DNA of 57,595 nucleotides, the filler included, from Basidiobolus meristosporus CBS 931.73 (lineage: Eukaryota > Fungi > Basidiobolomycota): the NCBI GenBank assembly GCA_002104905.1. It is 2 parts of 2 records of this genome, joined end to end, with 100 filler letters (N's around TTAATTAATTAA, not from the genome) between each part and the next. Parts side by side here need not be neighbours in the genome. Positions count along the whole stretch, not along the records: positions 1 to 28,341 come from MCFE01000885.1; positions 28,442 to 57,595 come from MCFE01000872.1. One strand, given 5' to 3'. Positions 25,928 to 37,150 of the stretch are shown here, one piece after another. The number at the start of each line of letters is the position of its first letter. The first letter of the stretch is position 1. The notes below the pieces were generated by a model. The model did no database searches. It worked only from the letters and a program-made list of their open reading frames with translations, and was not told where the DNA came from. The translations under genes were made by a program, and so were the position numbers.

Positions 25928-27750
25928 TTGAGTAGAAAGCTGTGGCATGAGTTCTACATCAAGATGCCAGCCGATGTATGTAAAAAGATATATAACAAGA
26001 CAAGTATTGAAATCAAGAATGAGCTGAGAGTGAGGGGATTTGACGAGGAAGCCGCGCAGGAACGATTTCGCGCGCAATTTGCACAGTACGGGCCGGACGC
26101 GTCCGTTTGCGCTGTAGTGGGGTGACAGTGACACCCACTGACAGATGTGCTCATTCCCTTATTTTCTACTTCCCTATATCTCTACTACACTTATTTTAGT
26201 TTTATCCCATTTGTCTTACCCAATCAGTACTATCCCATAAGCCGGTTGACTATCACACCTGCTTACCTTATTGCATAAGTTACCCCTCACTTTATGTAAG
26301 ATTACTAGCTATAAGTACTTCTAATTAGGCAAGTACCCGCGCCAGTACCCGTGACACATGATCAGCCCGTGTCACCATCCCTACCATTTCCATACCATAT
26401 ATGGTATCCCCATGTTACACAGGTTTCAGAATACTAATTCCTGATTGGTTGGATGTGCTGTGCCTCTTAGAACCTTCCGGCACCTACTTAGAACATTCTT
26501 AGGTCATTCTGATGTCATTAAGATTTCTATTGATATCTCGGAACCTTCTGGAACACCATGATTAGTAATCACTTAGCCAGTGAAGAAAAGTATATAAGGG
26601 AGGCTATCCCTCAACAATAAATCATCATCCCTTTTATCAATATACCAACTTGTTGATTAGTGTGATCACTGCTACCTGCTGCTACCTGAACTTCCAACCC
26701 TAGACCACAGGACACTCCCAGGAAACCGCGCTGACAGCCAACTGACCTTGGAGGCACTACTTGTGAGGAATACTCAGAGTAGGTATCTTTTATTATATTT
26801 GATTCTTTCCCAAGTTTGTTCTTGTACAGGCAAAGATACTTTTCTGTCTTTGTAACTATTGACCACAGCTGCATTCTTATCAAGTCCCTGCTGGTGGAGT
26901 TTACAGTTGTTTTGACTTTGGAAGCTTTAGTACATTGTCATCTCAAAGGACGCTGAACCCAGCACATACTTTTGTTAAGACGCCAACTAAGTTGGGGATT
27001 GTAGCTCAATAGTTTTCCCTTGACAAGCTTGTGGCTTTATTCCCCTTCACATTAGATTAGAGACAGAACCCAAGTATTCCTAGCAAGCTTTTGCCAGAGG
27101 TTATCGCACCCAGTGAACACCCCACACACAAAACACTTGAGAAGTGTTGGACGTATCTCTCCCTTGGACCTATACACCACCACAGCGGAGCAATTTTGCG
27201 CAATTGCACAGTACGGCCGACGCGTCCGTTTGTGCCTCAACTTTGGGAACCAAAGAGATTTTGAATGAATTTTTGCCTCAAATGACTAATGTACTACGTG
27301 ATATATTAGTAGAGCTAAGTGGCTTCCAAGAGCAATATACACAGGACTCATCCAGGCAACAGCTCCAAAGTATCAGACAGAGGGTAAGTGAATACCTTGA
27401 GGAATCAGATGGTGAGCTTCAGGAGGAAAATACAGACCGCGAGCAGCATCATCCAGATTGCGCCAGCACGCCTTGCTGGATTCCCTACCATCTCTTGCAA
27501 CCACAGCGTGCCGGCACACATCGGTCCAGAGTACACCAACACCCTTTACCAGAACGCCCTGCATCGAGTCAACGCGCGTCGGGTCAAGGCGCGCGCTTCA
27601 GAGCAAAACTACGAGAACTTGCCATACTGCTCATTTAGACACAAGTCCATTGGAGCGGACCAAGTCGCGTCAACTTACAGCATCACATTGAACTCAGCCA
27701 AGGGCCATCTCAACGCGTCAAGCGCGCGCTGCGCGTGCCGTTTTGCCTGA
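25928..27750 (+). pseudogene. Unknown ORF, possibly the accessory gene of the Harbinger-like element, interrupted by solo LTR C
   Basis: ...RFRAQFAQYGPDASVCA (to 26112) resumes as DASVCASTLGTKEILNEFL... after 27185; divergent from the transposase; possible GTAAGT donor near 27384; boundaries uncertain. Confidence 0.55.
26113..27184 (+). mobile_element. Solo LTR family C (1072 bp), least decayed copy
   Basis: Termini TGTAGTG...CACCACA; TATATAAG near 26590; keeps CpGs that are TG/CA in the 6036 and 13182 copies. Confidence 0.92.
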
Positions 27751-28341
27751 CCATCAGCAAGTTACTTCTGGTGAACTGACTGATGATGACCAACATGAAG
27801 TGACTCAACCACCGGAGCCCTTGGCAAGTAAAAGAACGCGTCAGCGCGTGGCACTACGAGGCCGGTTCAGTTGGTTCAGTTGGTTCAGCGAGCATTCAGC
27901 GCGGCCAAGCTGCAGCATCGCACTCATCAACTAGGAGGCAAAATACTGACTACGAATACACAAGTAGCCAAGATGATAGTCAGCCAGGAAGTAGTATAGG
28001 TGTGCAAAGTGAGTCACTACCAAATGCTTCAGTAGTAATCCCTGTGAGAAAAAACCCAGGAGAAGATGATGCGATCGCTTTGAATTGCTCACATTCGTAA
28101 TGATCCCAACAACCCTTTTTTTTTGCGATCCGAATCAAGCCATCGCAAATCAGTGATCATCAAATTTTTGATATAAGTAATATCAAGGTCGTCTCACATT
28201 TGAGACAGACCCCTATAAATAAACACCCTGCATATATATACGTCATCTGTAATACCAGTGCAGCTATTGGATCTGTTTTGCACCTACACGATTGCTTGCG
28301 TGCTAGCTATGACACCTTGCCCAATCACTAGGATCAGGGAT

Positions 28342-28441
28342 NNNNNNNNNNNNNNNNNNNNNNNNNNNNNNNNNNNNNNNNNNNNTTAATTAATTAANNN
28401 NNNNNNNNNNNNNNNNNNNNNNNNNNNNNNNNNNNNNNNNN
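28342..28441. other. Assembly gap with artificial six-frame-stop linker
   Basis: 44 N + TTAATTAATTAA + 44 N = 100 bp. Confidence 0.97.
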
Positions 28442-30820
28442 CATACTACTAACCACTAGATTTAGTTGGTACTCTGTTGCTTCCTCATATCAAGCAGCAT
28501 CACTACACCAACCGCAAAATCTGAGCCGGTCCGCTCATAAATGCACAATTACCTAGGGCATCGTAGTAGCCCTCAGACGCCACTGGAATTGAATGACTGA
28601 TTGCCAAGCACACCGTAATTGCATCAGAGCATTGATTCCTGTCAATACGTTTCGCAGAAGACTGGATGATCGAGATTGATGGCAGTTAGTCCAGAGATCA
28701 GTCTGTTTGAGGTCATCGACCAATTTTCTAAGCGATATATCGCCGGAAACGTGGGATGTGCGGTAATTAACATCCAACCAACCAAGATCCCACTCATTTA
28801 TTAGTCAACCTGAGGCACTGGATCGGAAACAAGAAAATGAACCTTATCTCGTAGCGACCCAGGCTTAGGTATGGGCGCAACAAGAGTCACCAGGATCACA
28901 CACAATAGTATGCTGCAGGCCAACTATCTGCTATCGCACTGACAAATCCAGTAGGGGCATATTTGCTATACTAATAACCGTAGTATATCTCATTGCAAAC
29001 GCTGCAGCCCAATGGCATCTTGTACGCTACCGATCGTCACAAATGAAGAAATGTTTGTTTCCAAGCAATCAACATATTGGTCAGAGATGAAGTATTCGAA
29101 ATTGGCCGATCCTATTGGCCAATCATCCGCATCACAAACCCCTATTGTTTGTTCGAGATATGGATGGTTTGTGGCTGGTCGTTTCAGCCTCTAGTCACCA
29201 CCGTTATGTGGTTTATCTCATTGCAAGCAGGCCGCAGCTTTCTTACGGCTTCATAGATCCCCCCATAGGAGCGCAACAGACCCAGCGCGGATGAGTGTTG
29301 CAGCAGACAGGAAGTAGCTCCGTGTGTACACTTGGGCTATCAACAAATGCATTGCTCTGAGCGTAGCACGTTACACAAGCATGAAGTCTGAAGCGTTACA
29401 ATGTGGGAATTCCGCTTGCGGATCCACATCCAAGCCCACTGCTGTGCCTGATTTGAGCTGCAGGCAACAGGTAAGCTTGCATATTGGTGAGAATGGAGAA
29501 TCCTATCAGCTGAACGGCTGACAGATTACAGATCCACCCACGATGCTGTATCGATGAGTACATGTAACCCAAGGTTGATAGCTGGCTGCAACTGGAAGCT
29601 TAAGCGGGTATTGTTTGCGTGCCTTTGATCCATTGATTCCTTGCTGGCCGACCTGATTTGTTGTCTGTTGGCCTTACGTCGGCTTTTGCCATGAGTGGCC
29701 ATTGCCGTCACTGTTGCCACAGGACTCGAGGAGCATTGGGCGCGAACAAGCTCTAGCCCCAGTCGGAGCGTCCGTCCCAGCACCTACGTCATCCCATGGA
29801 AGTATCCCCTAGCTGCACCGAAACGCTTGCTTAACCGCCTTCCGCTCATACCTTATACTGTGTCTGATCAAGATGCACAGCAATCTAGCTGTATTACATC
29901 ATGTCTGCACCAGCCCCGATCGACAAATCTAAATACCTCGAGCACTGATTGATTCAGTCGAAAGTGGCAATTCTCCGACCCAAAATGGGCGACTTCCCCA
30001 CCTCTATATATTCGATACCATTAGTCAACATGCGGCCATAGGGAAACGCCAGTCTTGCTACTGAATGGGACTGACCTCTGTGGTGAAACATTCCCCTGCC
30101 AAGGGTGTTGTTTCCCCAGAGGCGTTCCGAGTAGAACATTCTTCGAGGCGTAAGGATTTTGCAGCATTCCGCATCCTCCCAGCGACCCATGTGTGGTCGC
30201 GCGGTACCAGCAGCGCAACATCCATCTGGCCGCGCTGCGTTGGCCTCCCTCCCTTGGGTCGCCGAGACCTCTGAGTAATCAGGAATCATGGTGGTTGGTG
30301 TGGTTTTTGATTTGTCCCGCCCATTCCAATGATACCTCATCCGGTCGGGTCAGCCCAATCACCATCGCACAGCATGTCCAGATTGAGGCTAGAAAGAGAC
30401 GGTGTGGTAATTTAAAAATCCATTAATATGGCAAGATTGCCGGATGGATATGGAAGGACCTCCATATCGATGCTTTCACAATATCCAACGCATGCCTCCA
30501 AATGGCCATGAGCTCTACGGAAATGGATGAACAATACGACTCAGCTGGCATCGGCATTGGGCTTAGTCGACTTCTCACCATTGTTTGGTGGGTGATACAT
30601 GATTTGGCTCTAGTGCATAGGGTTAATCCAATGGTCTCAAATGGAGGTGAAATCGTTTTCATCTTGGATTTATAAGCAATACGTGACGCTCTCCGCCCAT
30701 CTCTTTCCAACCATCCGAGCCTGCTTCGTCCCTACACCTTGCCCCCACCCTCGCACTAGTTTTGGCTTTCCCTCGGGCTCACACTGTTGCACCTCTCCTC
30801 TATTCAACTCCAGTTTGGAG

Positions 30821-32059
30821 ATGCCAATCATCTATGACGCTACCGAACCCCAGATTGGCCTTAAGCGACTGCTCACGTTTATTTTTTGCGGGCTATCCCT
30901 TTTTGGCGGCCTCTTCGTAGTCTCGACCATCCTCTATATACGGCTCTACAGGCCCATGCTGGCCAACCGACTTTCCCTGAAGCTCACGTTTTGGATTGCC
31001 CTGGCCGACATTGTATATAGTGCATTCGTGATCGTCTTGCAGCACAAGATCACCTCCAACAAACTATGCGCCTTCCTACTCTGGGGGTATCTCGAGTTCA
31101 CTCTTCTGCCAGTATTTCTGACCGCCACCATCGCATTCAACCTGCACGCCATCTTTGTCAGCGATATCTTCGATGTTGTTCGTTACCAGCGGTACTACTT
31201 TCCATTCGCGCTCACTCTCGCAACGACCATAAGCATGGTGCCTCTGATTGCGGGTCAATTCGAGGTCGATCCGGTGGTGGGCGCGTGTTGGTACAGTGCG
31301 ACCTACACCACCGAGACCATCATCTGGGAGATGTGCACGCTGTTCGGATGGGTGTTCCTGGTGGTGCTTTACTGCATTTTCGCCGTGGGCTTCATCGGCT
31401 ACAAGCTTCATCAGCACGAGAAGTACCTCCAGGCGAACATCTCAGTAGACATCCAGCTCGTCAATCGAAAGACGAACAAGGCGATGCGTCGGATCGTCCT
31501 GTATCCTGTGGTGCCGATCATCACCCAGACATTCAATTGCCTGTGCGAGTTCTACACTTTTGTCCATCGGGAGCTGTATTTTTCACTGTACCTACTGTCG
31601 GCGGTACTGCCGGCATGTGTGGGCCTGCTCAACGCCGTCGTATTTGTCTTTGATCCCGCAGTGAGGGAACTGATCTATGGCGGCTCCCAAAGGACCACCA
31701 GTGAGGTTGGCACCTCCGAAGATATGTCATTCCACATCACCAGATCCTTGGATGGCGTAGGTTTGGCCTCCGGAAAATACCCGACCGAGTTTCCTAAGCT
31801 CTCGCACACATCAAGTGAGCCCGGCACCTTGCTGGAAACCCCCTCTGCATCGCCACTGCATTCCAATCACACCTCCGTCATCATCCATGAATTCCCACCC
31901 AACTATCCTAACCTGGAATGCCCTCAGGAGCAGACCGGCCAGCAGGTCAGATTTGGCGATACTGCCCATCCACCCAGTCGTCCGGCAGTCACTTCCCCAC
32001 AGAACAACACCAACCCCCGACCCAGCAAACCGAAAACGAAACTGATGGCCCTCATATAA
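30821..32059 (+). CDS. cAMP-receptor-like/Git3-like 7TM GPCR (about 412 aa, intronless)
   Basis: Seven hydrophobic segments; LALAD-like TM2 (IALADIVYS), TM3 Cys with IAFNLH, ECL2 CW, RRIVLYPVV in TM6, GLLNAVVFVFDP in TM7, Ser/Pro-rich tail. Start placed at ATG 30821 rather than the GTG at 30641. Confidence 0.88.
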   Translation: MPIIYDATEPQIGLKRLLTFIFCGLSLFGGLFVVSTILYIRLYRPMLANRLSLKLTFWIALADIVYSAFVIVLQHKITSNKLCAFLLWGYLEFTLLPVFLTATIAFNLHAIFVSDIFDVVRYQRYYFPFALTLATTISMVPLIAGQFEVDPVVGACWYSATYTTETIIWEMCTLFGWVFLVVLYCIFAVGFIGYKLHQHEKYLQANISVDIQLVNRKTNKAMRRIVLYPVVPIITQTFNCLCEFYTFVHRELYFSLYLLSAVLPACVGLLNAVVFVFDPAVRELIYGGSQRTTSEVGTSEDMSFHITRSLDGVGLASGKYPTEFPKLSHTSSEPGTLLETPSASPLHSNHTSVIIHEFPPNYPNLECPQEQTGQQVRFGDTAHPPSRPAVTSPQNNTNPRPSKPKTKLMALI

Positions 32060-35000
32060 TGATCTATCAACGGAGACCTCACACAAATTGTACATCGTAG
32101 AGGGAATCGCATTCCCACCACACTTTGCTCTCCGCATCCACCGCATCCAATCCACACCCACCCTCCTCGCAACCTCTGTATAGTCACTCTTCTCTACTCA
32201 CATGATCCCTCCACTCAGTGTAAATAGTCAACCAACCCACATATGCATATACCTCATGTATGTCAGTGCCCGACTCGGCCTGTATGGAATCCTTCGACGA
32301 GATCTAATCGAATAAACGTAAGAGAACACACTCTGTATAGACAACATTCGTTGAACTTCCCAAACGACCGCGGTCCGCGTACCAGTCACCGTTTCGAATC
32401 GGATACGCGGTTGCGTATGGGAACGGTGGTACGTGCTGCGGCGGTCACTCAGAGACGCACATGTTCCTGTCGTGCCCGATCCAATCAAGGGATGGCATTG
32501 GGACAATTTGCGCTCGCAACAATTGCTTACCCTTGGTTGCCAGAAATGGGAAGCGCCGTTAATTCACATCGTACCATGTAACAACGAGCTCATCTGCTCA
32601 CCATCGTATTTGTGATTCCTCCATCCCAGCCAACCTATCCTCACTCCCCCCAATCCCTTGTTTCCGAACCCCTCAAAGCCGTAGGTGCTCACCATCAACC
32701 CCCATCGCCAGTGTGAGGCCAGCCATGACTATGTAAGTCTGATGCAGATCCTGGCTCGATCATCCCCACCCGCCGCGGTCGAAATGCCACTCTCTTTCCG
32801 CGATCAGTGTTACTGCCGTGTCTGATGGATCAACATGCGAACCCACGAATGACTATCTTGTGAGCAAGGCGATGGTTTTTGACGACGCAATCTGGGTTCA
32901 GGCGTCTCCCTAGTTTTACCGTCGAGTTCCGTGTCTTGGTAACAAAGCGGACACAACCCACCGTACAACCTCATGAGTCGGTTGATTGGGCAAGCAGGCT
33001 AGAATTGGATGGATCTGGATCTGAGGGTTCCCTATGGGATATTCGTGAACACATATGATTCATAAATGTGACAAGGCACGCTGGGTGATTGTTCGATAAC
33101 AATCCCCATTGTCGAATGGCTGCGTGGTCGCAAGTTACGAGTGGGTGTATCCCGACGAGCCATCCTATCCTTCCAAATTGGGCACTCCAATCTGTGTTTC
33201 GAGGCCCACCAATGACAGAGGTGTCACTCTGCTTACACGTGAGCATGGATCGTGTGAGCTATAACGGTGGTTGTGAATGAAAGCGACCCCTCAGCGAGCC
33301 ACGGATCCCCCTCCCAAAACGTCCACACACCTGCACCTACACCTGCACCTGCACCTGCACCCCCACCCGCACACACACAGAGGTCCGTTTGGTATACGAA
33401 ACCTTGTTTGTTTCATGATCTCTCATTCCGGATCCTGCAGCGTGGGATGGTTTCCTGGGGACGAGGGTGGCCAACACGCTAGCTGTATACCACCCCTGTG
33501 TATCCACACGTTCACTAGGCTGGAGCCTGATTGAGGGATATGGAATTCTCCGAGTCAGCCCTGTCAGGATCTACACAGGATTTCCCGCGAGGCAGAGAGA
33601 TCCCAAAACCGATCGCCGGAAGCGGAAAGTCACGGCCTTACCTTCTTCCTAGGTTCTTCTGCTGAAGGGTGTAGCATGACTCCTAATGCCCTATCTACAG
33701 TTAAGGGGGTATCGGTGATTGGGCAAGGCACGGCTGGTTCGACCGTAGGCTGCTCTTTCGGCAACTTCAATGGGCAGCTAGGTCCATCCAATGACGTGGG
33801 GCTAGGCGCCGTCCCATATGTTCATAGATACCACCTCACTTGCAGGCGGTGCAACATTGCGTACCTCAATATGGGCACGAAGCTTGGATGATTTCTGGCC
33901 CGTGTTGATGGTGCTGATTGCTCACAGTAACTGAGCCCTAGCTACCGTTGGGAAGGTGTATGTTGCACCGTGACATCCGATTATGCGCCTGCCCATACTC
34001 AAGTCGCGATATAGTTTGGAACGATCCCGATGTTACTTTTGATGAATTACCTGCATATCTGTGCTGCACTAATCCTTGGGGAAAGCCATCCTTATTGAAG
34101 TCACCTCATTACTAATGTACATGGCTCTCTGCTTCGATACCGAGTGTCCGTCCAATCCGTTTCTGTCACCGTGGAAGGGTTAGGGCTTGCAGGACCGGTC
34201 TTCGGTGGATCAATCGTGGCCACAACATATGCCAGCATTAAACCCCTCCCGTAGCAACCCTGGCCCATGACCTCATTGCCACCAGGAATATTCTTGCCAT
34301 GTTCCTCCAACATATAGTAGCCCCCAAAGAAAGTCCCCAAACCTCTATACATGAATGATCCCGTTGCAGTTCATAAGCCGACATGAACCCATGCATGCAT
34401 TCATAGCCGTCCTATTTATTTAAGGACTCGGTGACTTTCCGGATATTAATCTAACCCTATGTTATAAAGGGACGTAATCAACTGATTAGCCCAATGGAAA
34501 GTGGAAATTCCAAACGTGCTAGCAGTTAGATGCCCAACTAGTCAAATGCGATTTCAGTCTTTGACAGCGTTCTTTGTTGAACTGGCGTTTGAAGCCGGTT
34601 GAATTGGGAATGTGCTCTTTTGTTGGGCAGCCAACCAATGGCCAAAACTCTAATCCTGACTGGAGGTATCAATGGCTTTGGCACGCTACAACGGCTATGA
34701 TCTTGGCCTGCTTACTCATGATGGTGATATTGGGTGGCACCAGTTTTTTCAGCCTTATTTTAATCTATACTCAAGCATATCATGGCTTATTACTCAAACG
34801 AACCGTCCCCTCATGATGACCCAAATCCAGCATGTACAACATCAGTCCCAAGTGATGAATATTGCTCTGCATCAGTTATTTGGCTTCCATCTAATTGTCC
34901 AGCGCTTGTTTGTTGTTTAATCGAACTATCGGAATTGGTTGTGCAGCATCCATCACTGTACGCCTATTACTATATGGCTGTGACCACCATTTCTATTTTA

Positions 35001-35189
35001 TCGATAATAAGTGACAATTTTGGGGTAGTTACTGAGTTGCTTCGTGTGGTTTAGAACTTGTCAACCTCAGACGCGTCACTTGGTGCAACAGTGGTACCAT
35101 ACTTGATGCGATAGACACTAAATTAAAGGATCAATTAACTCTATGATTAGTAGTTTTTCAATTTCTCCTAGAAGTACATAAACTGTGTT

Positions 35190-36690
35190 CAGCCTCCTCC
35201 TATGCAAAAGCTTACCAAAGACCATTGGATATTCAATTTTCCTCAGAGTCGAGGCTTTTAGCAGCACAAGCTCTAGCCTTCTTGATGACAAGTGGACATA
35301 TGGCCTTCAAACTGATGTGTCTGAGTTTTTCTCATATCAGATATAATAAAAGTAGGCTTACCTACTCAGGAGGTGTTTACACTTGGCTAAAAAATGCTGG
35401 CAGAATATCTTCTGGAATCCATGCTTGAAGCTTTTCATAAGGACCATAAAGTGATTATTGAGTCACATGGAGGTATTGTTGCTCCCTAAATCACTCAAGA
35501 TATTTGTTGAGAGCTGTGCTCATTTTGCAAATGATTGAGGAAATTTGTATATTAAGTTCACTTTTGCTGTATACTTTGGAGATATTCAGAGTGATTGGGA
35601 AACAAAGAAGATTATGTAGATTGCACTTATAGACTCATCCAACTCCAGGGTAGTATTTATACACTTACATAATTGTCAAAGCAAACAGAGTGTTTCTACT
35701 GACAAATATTCCAATTGTTTGCGGCCAAAGTATGGGAGACCTTAGGATGCTTTGAAATCTCCAATGTTTTGGGTAATAGATACTTTAGTAGATTGTTGCA
35801 TGCATATTATGGCAAGGAAATAGGGTAGCATACTTGAAGCTATGTAGTTTGCGCAAAGTCTTGACCAAATGGCTTATCTGATATGCTTATCAACACCCCA
35901 GGAGTAAAACATCAGGCAGTTGGGACATAAAAGTGTTCAAGCTTTGCAGACTGCCTTAAAATCTGTACACTTGGTCTTGGAGCCTTTTTGAGAGTATTCA
36001 TGGTATTTGTATTGCCAAGATTATGCAATGTATAAGTATCACCAGTTCATTTTGAATATTAATATGGCTTTGACTAACCTTATGAAAAGTCTCTAAGCTG
36101 AATTAGCCATTAGATTCTTAGCTGGTCTTCTGATGGTATTTTGCCAGTATTCAGATGGAGTTTCTGCTTCAAGTTTTCAGTTGCAATTTTTGGTACAAAT
36201 AATAAGCAGCTGACAACCAAACTGGGTACAAATGCTGATTGGTCCAGTTGCCTTCTAAAAGGGATGTCAGCTTGTCTGCTACAAATCTGGTTCCTGAAAT
36301 ATTGAGAGTTGTTGTTTTTGGAAAAGTTGGACTTAAGCAGATGTTATGATGACATTCTGCTGATCTTTTCTTGATTTTGTATCCATAGGGTAAGCAAGAA
36401 GACCTTTATCTTTCACCATTAGAGGTCTGTTGTCAGGTGCTGCTTTGATACATACCAGCTGATGTTATCCTGGTGTGATACCTTCCTGTCATGTTATACA
36501 TTTGTATTAGGCAAATAAGAGATCTAAAAGGCATATCTAAGATGATGCTTGCAGAATAATACTTTTTGCTGATTGACAGCATATAAAAGATACTCAGCTT
36601 ACACCTTATTCTCTCATATGTATTGGGACTTTTGCTGGCTAGTGGATGAGCTAGAAGTTATTCACTTCATATATATAAGATAAAGACTGA
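35190..36690 (+). mobile_element. CpG-depleted degenerate TE island, possibly a MULE transposase relic
   Basis: Abrupt CpG loss; fragments YVDCTYRL...IYTL (about 35615-35665) and DCCMHIM (about 35790) resemble the MULE DxTY and CxxH motifs; many stops. Confidence 0.4.
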
Positions 36691-36699
36691 ATATTTGAA

Positions 36700-36865
36700 T
36701 TAGTGATGTTCTTGAGACCATCCTAAGCATACCCTATGTGTTTGTTTTGCCAAGACCATGCAAAAGTAGTACTGCTACTTTTGCATTCAACAATTCATTA
36801 AGTGAAAGCCATGTCTTCTTCTTGTACTCCAAGTCACTTCCAATATCTCCAAAGCTCTTACAACA
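36700..36865 (+). repeat. 3' half of Copia LTR family A
   Basis: GCCAAGACCATGCAAAAGT...CACTTCCAATATCTCCAAAGCTCTTACAACA matches the LTR-A end. Confidence 0.8.
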
Positions 36866-36959
36866 CTTATTACTGATCTCCTATTGCTCTCATTGCCAGT
36901 CTGGTTGGTGAGAGTTATATCAAAGTCAATCACCTGCCCTAATTTCTTGTTTGAGTGGA

Positions 36960-37150
36960 ACTTGATTATACTCACCAAACTGTCAAGTACCCCAAGAATG
37001 AGAATTCTCAGAGTTGCCCAAAAGCCCCCGGACCTTGCACATACATTTTTGGCGCTTTCTTGAGTATATTGGGCATGTTTTTTTGCAAGGGTGCGTTTGT
37101 CTTACCAAAACCTTGTAAAGTAGAAGTGCCACGTCTACATTCAATGATTG
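36960..37150 (+). repeat. Older LTR-A-like relic that retains CpGs
   Basis: CACCAAA...GTACCC...GAGAATTCTCAGAGTTGCCCAAAAGCCCCCGG...CCAAAACCTTGTAAAGTA aligns with the LTR-A interior. Confidence 0.55.

Noticed and set aside
28386-28397. TTAATTAATTAA palindrome
   Set aside because: Artificial linker within an N gap, not biological.
30946-31866. Several overlapping ORFs of 60-195 aa
   Set aside because: Shadow frames of the GC-rich GPCR coding sequence.
33325-33376. (CACCTG)n-like microsatellite giving PA or HL repeat peptides
   Set aside because: Simple repeat with no supporting gene structure.
34101-35054. ORFs of 80-90 aa between the GPCR and the TE island
   Set aside because: No recognisable domain and overlapping frames look equally plausible.
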